From assembly GCA_009602735.1 (NCBI GenBank), contig WELA01003054.1, forward strand, positions 460,952-524,951: DNA of 64,000 bases. Direction: 5' to 3'. Origin of the DNA: Mesotaenium endlicherianum. Lineage: Eukaryota. Below the pieces are notes generated by a model. That model did not search any database. It was given only the letters and a program-made list of their open reading frames with translations, and was not told the origin of the DNA. Shown here one piece after another: positions 12,235 to 25,069 of the stretch (position 1 is the first letter of the stretch; the number at the start of each line of letters is the position of its first letter). The translations under genes were made by a program, and so were the position numbers.

Positions 12235-12735
12235 ACAACAGGCCAGCAAGTTCTCTCCCAAGTATTTGGGACCATTCAAGATTATCCAACAAGTCAATGC
12301 CGTTGCTTTCAAGCTAGAGATCCCCGAGACCATGCACATTAACCCGAGGTTTCATAGTTCTCTATCCAAGCCTTATGTGCAACCAGACGACAAGCTCCAA
12401 GGACGAGTGACAACCCCACCAGCCCCCACAATAGCGGATGATCATTTGGAACATGAAGTTGAAGACATACTGGCTATGCAAAATGTCAGGAGGCAACAAG
12501 AATGTCTCATCAAGTGGAAAGGATATCTAGATTCGGAGAATAGTTGGGTGGCAACGCACTACCTTGACAAAGTTCAAGGAAAGCTGAAACGCTTCCATAC
12601 CGCCAACCCGCATCTTGGATTAGCCCCAGACTCTGCTCTAGAAGCCAGACAACTTCAGGGAGGCAACCTGCTATCATCAAGAAGCAGCAAAATACCCCTT
12701 GAAGGCAGCCTACAAAGACCAGGAAGAGTAAAAGT
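12235..12735 (+). pseudogene. pol: A1 integrase C-terminus and chromodomain
   Basis: [10 protein letters not shown]...EHEVEDILAM..CLIKWKGY..ENSW; homologous to the end of A2 pol. Confidence 0.9.
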
Positions 12736-13486
12736 TGACATTAGAGACTCTTCTTTTCTCGCAATTTCTAAACAAAATCGTAGACTGCTACTCTTGATAG
12801 GTCTGTGCATGTTAATTTTTAAAATTTTACCTGGCTCTAGTACACAAGTAGGCAATTCTTTAGAGTCTAAGTTTGCTTAATTTAGAGCTCTGGTCAGAGA
12901 GATGAAAATCTCTGAACACAAGGAGGTCAGACTGTTGGCATTATATGGGCAAAATATGCTTTCTTACATTGTGCTCTCCCCTAAACTTGGAGTGCTGTGA
13001 AACTCAAGACTTTGGTAGAAGACATCTTTGCGCTCATTTAAAGACTAATTTTGTAGAATTTGGACTTCTGATTTTCAGAAGGTTCTGCACAAATTTGGAG
13101 AAGTGCCTATCCGCTCTTGACAACACTCCTGAATTTGGAATGCTCTCAAATTTGATGCACTGGTAGTTGACTTTGACGCGCTCCGTTTGGCACTAAAATT
13201 TACAGATTTGATGCAATTTGGTGGATGCTATAAAGTTTTGAATCCGTGGCAGGTTCCGTACCTACTTGTACCATTTTCCTTATTATCAAGGAGTGACTAG
13301 CCAATAGGATCACACCACCCACGACCTTGCCTAGTCTACCTTACATGTGTACCACCTGACTTGAAGCCTTTGACTATTCTTCTTGACATGTGTGGCACCT
13401 GACTTGAAGCCTTTGACGATTCTTCTCCACATGTGTAAGACCTCACTTGACGCGCCGAGACGTCGCTTTTTGTGTCGGGGGAGTGA

Positions 13487-13991
13487 TGTAGTGATATAAG
13501 TTAGTATATATTAGTTTGTTTTTATATTTTAAAACTTTTGAATTATTATTAGAGTAATTATGTGTAGATTCAAGTGTAAATAGATACTGTAGTGACTTGG
13601 TTCATGTCCTTTGAACCTTCTAAGGCATTTTTGAAATTAGAAGAAGGACTTAGAAGAACGCTATGTGGCAAAAGTCAAATATGCCATTTATAAGTGGTAA
13701 AAAGGACATGTGTACATTATTCTAGAAAGAAGTGGCAAGTTTTGGGATGTGTTGGGTGCCAACACACCAACTTGCACCTTCCTAGAAATTACTAATGTAG
13801 CAAGTATAAAAAGAAGAGCTAGAACATAGAGTGGCATTCTAGAATCACTGTACTTGCCAAGTCCAAGAAATATATCAACTTTCAAGAAATCATGTCTCTT
13901 TCAAGAAGCTACCACTTGTGTTCAAAGATCCTTGTCTTGAATAGATAAAGTATTCTATTTTACTAAAAAATAATCTATCTGTTTCACTTCA
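13487..13991 (+). repeat. A1 3' LTR
   Basis: tgtagtgat...gtttcacttca after the PPT; followed by TSD ATGCC. Confidence 0.9.
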
Positions 13992-13996
13992 ATGCC

Positions 13997-14924
13997 GAAG
14001 CTCGTTGCGAGAGCAATCAGTGTACAATCCATATCTCTTGGATGTAGGCGCTGGACGTGCAGCAAGCAGCCTGTCCAGCTCATAGGTGTACAGACGCGTG
14101 AAGTTGCTCCCACATGAGCGCCAATTGCTCCTCCAGCTTGAGGTGCAGCTCTACGTTGGCTAACTGAGGTACCTTATCCTGAGGCTGCAACAAATCTGCT
14201 CCGATAGATCGATGTCGTCATCCTTGGGTTCCTCCTTGACGGTCCAAATCACCCAAGAGTCGTCACTAAATGTTATGAAGCCATAAAGAGTGGCTGCTGC
14301 CGATTGCGGGTCCACAATCTTATGCGAAAGAATGGCAGCGCGACTGCCTCCTGTGCGTCACTTTGGCCGGTAGAGAACGCACTTCGTCCAATTGTCACTT
14401 GCGACACCAATTAGGAAGAGGACGTCAAAGGTGTCGGAGCGGGTGGCTAGTCCCTGCTTGTGGATGATCATCTCTTTCTTTGTACCCACTTGGAATTCAA
14501 AGCGTAACGACAGTTGTGTGCGTCCAGTGACAAGCTCTAAAATGCATGCCGCGGTGTTGATCCATGTTGGAGACTTCTCCAGGTCGGCCGTAGAGAGCCC
14601 TAATTGTCAAGGGTAGGTCTGGATGCGCACTAAGTGTCAAACATGATATGTTGTAGAGCTTGCGTGTTGACGAGGAAAATGCCTTGCACGTTATTCAAAA
14701 AAGAGGCGCTGATCTTGCGCTTGCACAAAGATCGCGCGAGCGCAAAGAGAACTACAATGGCCCCAAGAGGCGCTGTTGCGTCGGGTGCCAGCATGCTGTT
14801 GTCGTGCACTGGGTTGTAGCCCGTTGCGATGTTGCCATGTGGCATTCACATAAGACCTGAGCTGCACTGCGGGGCAAGAGCCGCAGCTAGGAGGCGTCTT
14901 GTCGTCTCTAGCGTGACACCGAGG
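13997..14924 (-). pseudogene. Older degenerate Ty3-like gag-protease remnant (family E), target of A1 and C1; probably continues at ~3750-4022 and beyond 21210
   Basis: Minus-strand pieces IFLVNTQA ... LSTADLEKSPTWINTAACILELVTGRT..FEFQVGT..LATRSDTFDVL fit a retropepsin pattern (DTGA ... TAxG ... xDVLLG), with stops and frameshifts. Confidence 0.5.
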
Positions 14925-14929
14925 ACGGC

Positions 14930-15673
14930 TGAAAGGGGCAAAGTGCCCCAGTGGAAGCGTAGTAACTCACGAGGAAAGGAACTAGTTGCAATCATACTAA
15001 AGAGTGCAGCGGCATATTGCTAAGAAAGCTTAGGAAGATTACTTGACATTTTGGGTGTCAAGAAACTGCTCACAAATGAACTAGGATGAAAGGCCTTGTC
15101 ATTACAAACCCGTAGAAATTTACAGAAGTGAAAACTGATAAGAAACAAAGAAGTTATGCCTATTTATAATTTTCTGCCTAAGTGCTCCTCTCTAGAAGGG
15201 AGCTACGGATTTTCCTAAGTGTTCGTCAAATCGTCCCTTCCAGAATATTCGTGAGAAAGCCAGATCAGTCTAATCTGACGTGTAGGGCCAAATTGACGTC
15301 CACATACATGCATCGACATTACTAGAATATTCTATCTTAGACGCGCTAGGCTAAACCAAAACTTCTAGGTAAATCGACCTAGTCGGCACTCCGCGTCAGC
15401 CGAACTTACGTGAAGGTTCGAGTTCATTCTAACGGGCCAGATCGCTCGACGCTGTCGGTCAATCCGACGGTCGCGCTCACCGCAAATTAAGGACAGTCGT
15501 CAACCGACCTCAAAACTAATTAAACTTCGGAAATCCATGACTCTCCCAATACTTGACCAAATTCGATAAAATTTATATCAAAATGACCACAAAAATGCAC
15601 TCTATACTACTATACAATCAAAACATACTTTCATGAAACTCAAAAATGCACTTTATAAATCCATGACCTTACA
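14930..15673 (-). repeat. C1 3' LTR
   Basis: Minus strand tgtaaggtcat...gcccctttca; nearly identical to 20462-21204. Confidence 0.95.
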
Positions 15674-18600
15674 TCATCCCCCTCCTCAAGATGCGACGTC
15701 CTCGACGCATTCTGCAAATAACGCCTCAACTTACTCTTACAATGAGTCAAGTTAGCCTCTGGCTCCCAAGTGTTGTCGTCCGCATGGTAGCCTTTCCACT
15801 TGACCAGATACTCTTGGACAAATCGTTGACCTCGCTTGACTCGTCGATCGCCAACAATCGCCTCCACTTCATACTCCAATACATCATCGATCTCGACCGG
15901 TGGTGGCGGTGTAGGTAGTCGTCCTGAATGTCCTTCATTCGGTCAACGTATGGCCGCAAACAACTGACATGGAACACATCGTGGATACGCCAGCCTGAAG
16001 GAAGTTCCAACTTGTAGGTCACTGGATTCACCTGCTTGAGCACCACAAAGGGACCTCTAAACCGTGCCCGCAGTTTCCTCTTGCCTGTGAAAGGTAGGTT
16101 CTCTGTTGACAAGAGTACTTTGTCGCCCACATGGAATGTCACTTCCCTCCGATGCTTGTNGACCTGCTCTTCTTGTGCCTTCCGTATAGATGTCTTAGCC
16201 ATGTCCCAAGTCTTGGCCATCTGCTCCATAAACGCTTGTGTAATAGGAACCTGAGTCTCCTTGGCCTTCTCCAACAAGATGTTCCCTGTATGATATACTT
16301 CTCTCCCATAAACCATGGTGAATGGTGACTGCTTGGTGGATCCCTGCATGCTGTTGTTGTAGGCAAACTCCAATCCTGGCAGCTTCTTGTCCCACTCTGA
16401 AGGGTCCTCCATAGTGAAACTCCTGAGCACCTCTTGCAGAGTTCTGTTGAGCCTCTCACTCTGCCCGTCTGTCTGAGGATGATAGGAAGTGCTCATACTC
16501 AGCTTGGTCCCCATCAAAGTAAACAATGATCGCCCAACGTTGCTAGTGAACCTTGGATCCCGATCTGAAACAATCACCTTCGGCAACCCATGTAGCCTGA
16601 ATATGATCGAAGAATAGTCGTGCCACATATGCTTCCGTAGAAGTCTTCTTCATGGGAATGAAGTGAGCCATCTGGCTGAGTCTATCAGACACAACCCATA
16701 TTGCATTGTGCCTCTTGGTGTCCTGTATGATTGCAACTAGCTTTGTTCCTCGTGAGTCACTACGCTTCCACTAGGGCCCTTTGCCCCTTACAATTTTGCT
16801 GAATCTATCAGGTACAACCCAAATTGCATCGTGGCCTTGACCACTCGCTGGTAAAGACGTAATGAAGTCCATAGCAATTTGCTCCCAAGGATACTCTGGA
16901 ATAGGCAGGGGCTGCAATGTACCTCCCTTCTTTTGATTTGGTGTCTTGTTTCTCTGGCACGCATCGCAACTCCTGATCCACTCCTCGATGTCCTTGTCCA
17001 TATTTCTCCAGTAGTACTCCCGTTTCAGCACGCTTGCCGTCTTCTCGCTTCCAAAGTGTCCAGCATATAAGCAGTCATGATGCTCCGCAAGTAGTAAGTC
17101 TTGTAGCTCCTTGATGTCAGGTACCACCACTCTCTTGAAATCACCATAATATCATATGCCGTCCTTCTTCTGCATACTCGAGTTGGACTCAGCTGCTCCA
17201 CCATCAGCAAACTCTGGGTCCTCCTCATAACCTCTTTGAAGCTTCTCCTTGAAGTCCGTACTCTCCTTGATGACCGAGACAGCTGCAAGGTCACACCTCC
17301 TGGATAAAGCATCTGCAGGGTTGATCTTCCCAGGTAAGAACTCAATCTTGTGGTCGAACTGTTGCAGAAACTCCATCCACCTTGCTTGTCTTGGTGTCAA
17401 CGTTGGCTGCGTCATGAACTTCTCCAAGCTCTTGTGGTCGGTCTTGATGAACACCTTCCGCCCGTCCACATAACGTCGCCAAATCCTCAAAGCCTGGATA
17501 ATAGCCAACATCTCCCGCTCGTGTGCTGCATAGTTTTGCTCAGCAGGACTCAACTTCCTGCTCTCATATGCCACTGGCTGCAATCCTTTGCCCTGGTCCT
17601 GGAGAAGAATAGCTCCCATTGCAAAATTTGATGCGTCCGTGATGATGGTGGAAGGAAGCTCTGGACTTGCAATTGCCAACACAGGTGCCTGTGTCAACAG
17701 CGCCTTAATCTTCTCAAATGCTTGCTGCTTCTTGTCACCCCATAGCCACTTCTCCTGCTTCTTCAAAATGTCCGTCAGCGGTGCACATATCTTGGCAAAT
17801 CCTTCAATGAAACGTCGATAATAATTTGCCATGCCGAGGAAACTCCTGAGTTGATGAATATCAGCAGGTACCGGCCAATCTCTGACTGCTTGCACCTTCT
17901 TCTGCTCCACCTTGACTCCTTCAGCTCCCACTATGTGTCCAAGAAACTCCACCTCCTTGAGACAGAAGTCGCACTTGCTCATCTTCCCATACAGCTTCTG
18001 ATCTCTCAAGACCTCCAACACCTTCCTCAGATGCCCCACATGCTCTTCCAAGGTCTTCGAATAGATCTGGATGTCGTCCAAAAATACCACCACAAATTGG
18101 TCCAAGTAGGGTCTGAAGATACTATTCAAGAGTCCCATGAATGTAGCAGGTGCATTAGTCAATCCAAAAGGCATGACTGTGAACTCAAATAAACCGTAAC
18201 GAGTCCTGAAAGCAGTCTTTTGAACGTCTTCTTCCGCAATCCGTACCTGGTGATAGCCACTCCTCAAATCGATCTTCGAGAAATACTTTGCACCGACAAG
18301 TCTGTCAATTAACTCGTCCACTCGTGGAAGTGGGTACCTGTTCTTGATGGTGACCTTGTTGAGAGCCCGGTAGTCGACACACATCCTCATAGTCCCATCC
18401 TTCTTCTTCACAAATAAGACTGGCGTTGCAAATGGAGACTCGCTGGGTCGGATGAATCCCTTCTCCAATAACTCTGTCAGCTGCTTCTTCAACTCGTCCA
18501 ACTCCGTAAACGATTGACGATAGGCGGGTCTCACTGGTGGCTTGCTCCCTGGTTCCAACTCAATCTTGTGCTCCATAGCTCTCTGTGGAGGTAATCCTGT

Positions 18601-19392
18601 AGGTAGCTCCTCAACAAATACGCACTTGAACTCCTCCAACAGCGCCTTAATTTGGGCAGGCATCTCAGCAGGCTTCTTCTCTTGAGCAGTTGGGCTCTGC
18701 TCCTTCTGAGCAAGGGGATCAGACACCACTACTTGCTCCTCCGGCGATGTACATTCGCCCAGGCTGTTAGGATTCACGCTTGCTCCATCTGATGACCTGG
18801 CCAGGGCCACCGAAACAAGGTACATCTCCTTCACCTGATTTGCCCTGCATAGCTTCTTAACTTGCAGGCTCGACAGAAGACAGTTACTTGTGGTCGTATC
18901 TACCTCCACCTGTTTCGCTGTCTCCATTCGACCATCACGCCCTTGGACTTTCACTTGTCCTGTGCTCTAGTGCACTTGAGAGTTGGCTTTCCTCAGCCAT
19001 GGTCGGCCCAATATCACCTCATGGTGACCCACCTCTGCCTGCTCCATAACTTCCTTACTCCGATGCCCCCCTACTTCCACGTGAATAGCTTCCGTAGGTG
19101 CACCACACTTGAGTCTCTGCCCGTTCGCCAAAATTGCCTCCTTAGGCTCATAATGCTTTTGCACAGGCATTCGCCACTCTTTCACTTGCTTCTTGTGCAC
19201 AAAATTTGCACTTGCGCCACTGTCGACCATGCACTTCGCCTTGTTGTCGTCGACCACTCCTTCCACGATGATAGGCTTGTCAACGTCTCGTCCTTTGCTT
19301 CTCGGCAGGCTCCTGGGGATATCCTCCTTGTGAGTTCTCGTCTTCACGCCAGTAGACACTCCAGAACGACGGACTGGCAACCTCCTTTTTCC
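15640..19392 (-). pseudogene. pol: C1 pol (protease, RT, RNase H, integrase, chromodomain), broken by stops, a frameshift and an insertion
   Basis: [73 protein letters not shown]-derived stops at 18967 and 17152. Confidence 0.93.
16725..16792 (+). repeat. 68-bp C-like LTR U5 end inserted in reverse within the C1 integrase
   Basis: gtatgattgcaactag...cgtgagtcactacgcttccactagggc...gccccttaca matches the C LTR 3' terminus. Confidence 0.85.
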
Positions 19393-20424
19393 TGCTGTTG
19401 AGGTTGCTTCGCCTTCACATGACAGTCTCGAGCCAGATGTCCAAGCTTGCCGCAATTATAGCAGGGTCCTCTCGGCTTGAGATTCTGCTGCCTGCGCTGG
19501 TACTGCACAAGTCCCAACTCCATAGGTACTGGACCTTGAACACTCGTGCTTGGCGCTTGAGATCCAAAGTGTCGATATCCTCCAAAGGTGTGGCTGCCCC
19601 ACTGCCTCTGACTATACTCCACAACGTCGACCCTCGTTGCCAATGCCATCATTTCTCCAAGACTGGTAGGGTCCTTGAGCGCCACTTCCTTGGCCACAGT
19701 TGGCTTGAGTCCTCTCTTGAACTTGCCCATCATCTCTGACTCGTGCATGGATGGACATTGAAGCACCAGCTCGTTGAAGCGCGAAACATACTCCTGAACG
19801 CTTCCTCGTTGACGAAGGCGCACCAATAGATCTCGAGCGGTAGCCTCGGGTGCAATAGGTTGAAATTGCCTCTTCAAGCCTTCAAATAGCTGATCAACAG
19901 TAGCAGGAACTCCAGACAGCTGCTCTTCTTGTTCATACCAAGCTCCAGCACTCTTCTGCAGCAAAGTTATGACAAAGGCGACTTGCCTGTCGGGCGTGAG
20001 CGCAGAATACTCCATAAACTTCTTCACTCCAAAAATCCACTGATGAACAGGCGGCGATCCACGCTCTCCAGTATAAACTTCAGGCTTAGGCGCACGCACT
20101 CCTGATGCGGGTGGAATAACTGGTTGCACCACTGGGTTAATATGAATCGGTGGCACAACAGGTGCAGGTGCCGAACTCGTCGAAGCGGCGTTCCCCATAA
20201 CAACTCGCACCATTCTCTCCACCTCCGCGCGNCATTCTCTCCACCTCTGCGCGCATATTTTGTTGAAACTGGGTGTAGACTTCTCCTCCAATTGCATTTG
20301 TTATTTGCCTTAGCATTGCCTGCATCTCTTGTTGCTCTCTGGTCATTGTTGGTGCTGCCTGCTACCCCGCGCGCTCAACATGCTCAACACGTTCGCTTCC
20401 TCCAGCTGCCGGCTGCGACTCCAT
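19344..20424 (-). pseudogene. gag: C1 gag with zinc knuckle
   Basis: PKPEVYTGERG..QWIF..FVITLL..AGAWY, GPVPMELG, CYNCGKLGHLARDC. The apparent frameshift coincides with the N at 20232. Confidence 0.92.
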
Positions 20425-20461
20425 AATATAATATGCAAACTAGCCCAGCTCCGATACCAGA

Positions 20462-21204
20462 TGAAAGGGGCAAAGTGCCCTAGTGGAAGCGTAGTGACTC
20501 ACGAGGAAAGGAACTAGTTGTAATCATACTAAAGAGTGCCGCGGCATATTGCTAAGAAAGCTTAGGAAAATTAGTTGACATTTTGGGTGTCAAGAAAGTG
20601 CTCACAAATGAACTAGGATGAAAGGCCTTGTCATTACAAACCCGTAGAAATTTACAGAAGTGAAAATTGATAAGAAACAAAGAACTTATGCCTATTTATA
20701 ATTTTCTGCCTAAGTGTTCCTCTCTAGGAGGGAGCTACAGATTTTTCTAAGTGTTCGTCAAATTGTCCCTTCCAGAATATTCGTGAGAAAGCCAGATCAG
20801 TCTAATCTGACGTGTAGGGCCGAATTGACGTCCACATACATGCATCGACATTACCAGAATATTCTATCTTAGACGCGCTAGGCTAAACCGAAACTTCTAG
20901 GTAAATCGACCTAGTCGGCACTCCGCGTCAGCCGAACTTACGTGAAGGTTCGAGTTCATTCTAACGGGCCAGATCGCTCGACGCTGTCGGTCAATCCGAC
21001 GGTCGCGCTCACCGCGAAATAAGGACAGTCGTCAATCGACCTCAAAACTAATTAAACTTCGGAAATCCATAAGTCTCTCAATACTTGACCAAATTCGATG
21101 AAATTTATATCAAAATGACCACAAAAATGCACTCTATACTACTATACAATCAAAACATATTTTTATGAAACTCAAAATGCACTTTATAAATCTATGACCT
21201 TACA
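20462..21204 (-). repeat. C1 5' LTR
   Basis: Matches the 3' LTR; followed on the minus strand by PBS TGGTATCGGAGCTGGG. Confidence 0.95.
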
Positions 21205-21465
21205 ATGGCAAAGGAGACCACTGGCATGCGGTGCAGCACCATTGAGATGACATTGTTTCGCAATTGAGGTTGTCGAGGTGCTAGTTAACGTCGTGACTGA
21301 GAAGTCACAGGCAGTGGGTAAAAACCCCCCAAGTCTATGTGGGGGAAAAGTCCACTGCCCTTCTTGGGAAGGACAAAACAAAAATTGCCAAATGCAAAAA
21401 AATATCGATGTTATTATACAACAAATTACCTTAGAAGGAGAGAGCACCTCTATGCTAAGAATCTG

Positions 21466-22368
21466 TCCTGGTTGGAAGGACTATGAAACAAGGAGGGATG
21501 CGTCCCGGAGCTACGCCTCACACTGGCTAGAATGCAAGAGTTTTCACGCTTAGTGATTTTCATTTTTATCTGAGTCCAGATATTAAGTAAGATTAGAAGA
21601 CAGAAGACAAGACAAAAGGGAATTCGGGGTATTCAAGAAATGCTTGTGCAGACATACAGAAGAAATGCCTAACTGAGCATTAGTGATGAGCTTTTGTAGC
21701 TCGGCCCTAGATGGATTCCTACCTAGTACTCTCTCTCTTTCTCTACCTTGAGTAAACTTTAACAGGGACGGCGTAGAAGGCGCGTGAGAATCCACGCGTC
21801 TATTTTGCGAAACGTGGTACATGAAAATGAACAGTGACGCAAGAATGTATGTGGATGGCGCTCACCTACGCTCCCTAACCGATGGGGTGGGCCAGTGGTG
21901 ACGCGGCCCTATCTTATCACCCTCTCTCCTAACTAATGACCATGTAGCAGTGGTCGGTAGTTGCTATGGGAAGTCAACTGGTCTATACATGTCCCATGAC
22001 TGGCGGTGGCGAGGCGCACGTGAGAATGATTGGTGGGCACGTATGAGTTCGGGAGCGTCCCATGGTAGCTCAAAAGTGGCTGCATGGGCGGACTGAGAGA
22101 CCAAGCTTACTTACTTCCAGCAACGCCTAATAGTCTAACCCTCACCTATCGTCCCACCCATTCCCACTCTTAGCATCAACAGAGTGTAATCACTTGGCAC
22201 GACCAACAACTAAGACGACAGGTTTGGGCTTGACACTCGGCGCTAAGCTGCACTGTAGTGATCTGCAAGGCAAAAAAGTGTATGATGGATGCGACTGGCG
22301 CGCGCGACATCTCCACTACGCGGCCTGAGGTGGCATTAGGATGTGCCCCTTGTTGTTGCTGACAGATG
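21466..22368 (-). repeat. Possible 5' LTR and PBS of old family E
   Basis: Minus strand ...ccttgtttca (LTR end at 21484), then TAGTCCTTCCAACCAGGA, resembling a decayed TGGTCCTTC-type PBS. Far boundary uncertain. Confidence 0.3.
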
Positions 22369-22373
22369 TCAGT

Positions 22374-24034
22374 TGTAAAGAATCAATGTATTTGTAAATA
22401 TAATATTTATTTAATTTATTTAGTTCAGTCTCTTGATATAATGATATGAGCGTTTTAGGCGTACTTCAGATATTTCCTTAAAATACCTTTAAATCGTTAT
22501 ACTTTTTGTTTGTAATTGCATAATAGCAATTTTATTGAATTGTCGCCACACACGCGTGTCGACTAATTGGGTCGAACGGCGCACGACCAAGAGGTGAATT
22601 GCAATTAATGGTACAAATTACTGCATTTACTTTGCAATAGGTAAAATTTAATCAATCATAACTTGATTAATTATAAAAGATTGAGTGAATCAATCAGCAA
22701 TTAATTACTTTTATTTGACTTTCATTGTTTTGCACAATGATTGTCATGGTTTTTGAGTTAACGACAATTGTTAACTCGACTGAAAACCAAACAAGGACAG
22801 TCCAAGTGTGTCGCCAGTCGGAATCAAACCCGAGACCTTAGGGCCGGGTCACTGCAATTCCGCGACACTCGCAAATCAACTTTGTATTTGTGGGGTTTTG
22901 GACCCCCGTCCCTCGATTAATTCCATCACATTTGACCGATTGGCCAAATGATTATTTATAACCAGTGGCTCATGCCAGATAATGTGTACGCGACCGCGCA
23001 AATAGTAGCAACTTTTTGAAAGTTGCGAGATCGCGAAAACGCCCGATTGGCGTGAAACAATTTTTCAGAAATCGTCGCGTAACCTTCAAACGGCCAAACG
23101 GCCTGTTTCGAGTATTTGGCCGAACGGGTTACACCCGTTTGCCCATTTTCCTTGAACGTGAACCAGTGCCCTAGCAGGTGACTCGAAGCACTCCAGTGCC
23201 TCATGTTGTGCAAGTATACATACTTGCAAGAGTCATTGTGAGTGCAACTTTTACAGCACGCATTCTCTACTTTGGATTTCTCTCACTAATGTATTCCAAG
23301 TAGTAGTACTTTTGCAAGTTGTCGGTATTTTCTCCCATTGAGCTATTATATACACTTGACTGCCGAGAAAAGATTCTTGAGATAAGCATAAACGTTGCAG
23401 TTGAACTTTAGTTAATATTAAGTTTGCTAAACTTTTTAGTAATATTTAGTATAATGACTCAGCCGGGTACGGTAGGCTGAGTCCACCAGAGGTCAGCTTG
23501 CTGACACATTCTTTGACGGTCAGTTGACTGCCGTACACGGAATCAATGAACTGCCCGTTATGCATCTAAATGTGATATGCTAGACGAGTACGCAGATGAC
23601 ACCCTTGGGTGGATGGCCATTCGAGATGATGGAAGATGGCTGTGGATTTGGTTAGCCGAGGTCCTACCGACGGGTAGGTGGTTCCATCGCACTTGCCATT
23701 GAACAGTAAACTCATTCCATGCACATAGGCTAGGTAATGCCCTCGAGTTTGGCATTCGGGAACGAGGCTAACTCTTTGTACAACTTACTGAGAGAACATC
23801 TGAATCCAAGGCTGCAAGACGTTACAGAAAGTGCTTACTATTCTTGCTTACGTATGAGTTTACTAATTGCATGATTGATGCTCGTAACTTGCATTTGACT
23901 TGTGAGTATTACTCTTGCTAGTTGTGTGGTCTTTACTGATTAATAAAATTAACCAAAATACCATGAAGATTACTTGCTGATATAAAGATCTTTTATCAAT
24001 TGTTAGTCGCCTATTAGTAAATCGATTCAATTCA
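22374..24034 (+). mobile_element. Diverged B-related solo LTR with nested D solo LTR
   Basis: tgtaaagaatca...gattcaattca; TSD TCAGT at 22369-22373 and 24035-24039; 23400-24034 aligns by eye with B LTRs. Confidence 0.85.
22437..23399 (+). mobile_element. Family D solo LTR (~960 bp)
   Basis: Interrupts the B-like LTR; ends tataatgat.../...cgttgca; TSD CTTGA/GTTGA; related to 11896-12234. Confidence 0.65.
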
Positions 24035-25069
24035 TCAGTGCAGGATGCACTGGGGTGCGACAGAGGCCAGACAAAGGGGCAATAGCCGCAGCCTAGCAGC
24101 TTGTGACACAAAACGTCACATAGCACTGTGGCAGCAGGTGGTCAACACATATCAAAAAGTAGCTAATATTGGAAGGGCGGATGTGACCAGCCAGACGCAG
24201 TTAACAAACAGCAGCATGTACGGGTGAAAGGAAATCAACAACATACAAAAATTCACCTCTAAGAGTTAAAGAAGAAAAGGGGAGGAGGGAGGAACATGGC
24301 ACCTACTGCGCATGTCAAGAGACAATCGCAAGTGAAGATTAAAGACTTCAACAAAGAGGGACCACAAATTACTGAACACGTATACGAGCAAGAACATGCA
24401 AGAGCAGGTAGGTAAGCAAGGTCAATGAAGGAACTTACAAAAATATGGTGGAGCCGAATGATAACAACATGGCAAAAGGCCTGTCATATAGCCCTCAATG
24501 CTGGCCTCAAATAGTGTTTGTGTCTGTTGTTCCAACTGCAAATATGCATACGAAGTTAACGCCAAAAACTTTGGCGAACAGATTTAGCAATTTTTTAGAG
24601 TTTACGCTCTTGCTGCCAAAAAATGAGAAGATGTACTTTAGTATTCCAACCTTGTCGATTGACGCATTGAACCAGCCTGACGGTGGTGGCGTCAACGACT
24701 TTGAGCCATTTATGGGCTACACGCACGCGTGAAGTAAGGTTTGTACGCTTTGTTCGTGCACACTGACTCAGTACGCTTAATTAAGCGTACGAAGAGCGGC
24801 TAGTTCCCGAACAGCGTAACTGTGCTTTGTATTATTGTCGATAAACTCTGCCATTACGGATAGGCATGTGTTGCAAATCCTAGGTATTTGCTGTGTTGCA
24901 AATCCTAGGTATTTGCAAGCATAGGGAGATCTTTTCAAAGTAAAGAAGTTTGCACTAAATCCCAGTGAACAATAAAACTTGGAAAAAGAACAAATAACGA
25001 GCTATGGCTCAAAAGATCTCTAATAGCACATTGGAAGAATTCTCTTGAAGTAGTCTCTGAAGGATTAAA

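Larger units (their letters stand above)
4028..13991 (+). mobile_element. Family A chromovirus copy A1 (outer element, internally deleted, hosting nested B, A and D fragments)
   Basis: Similar LTRs at 4028-4533 and 13487-13991; TSD ATGCC at 4023-4027 and 13992-13996; PBS after the 5' LTR; PPT (GGGGAGTGA) before the 3' LTR. Confidence 0.9.
14930..21204 (-). mobile_element. Family C chromovirus copy C1, full-length, decayed
   Basis: LTRs at 14930-15673 and 20462-21204; TSD ACGGC/ATGGC (one transition); PBS 20448-20459; PPT GAGGAGGGGGATGA at 15674-15687. Confidence 0.95.

Noticed and set aside
22805..22870. tRNA-like segment with a B-box-like GGTTTGATTCC and a terminal stem, inside the D LTR
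   Set aside because: About 60 nt, no D arm or anticodon arm, imperfect T stem; not supportable as a tRNA or SINE.
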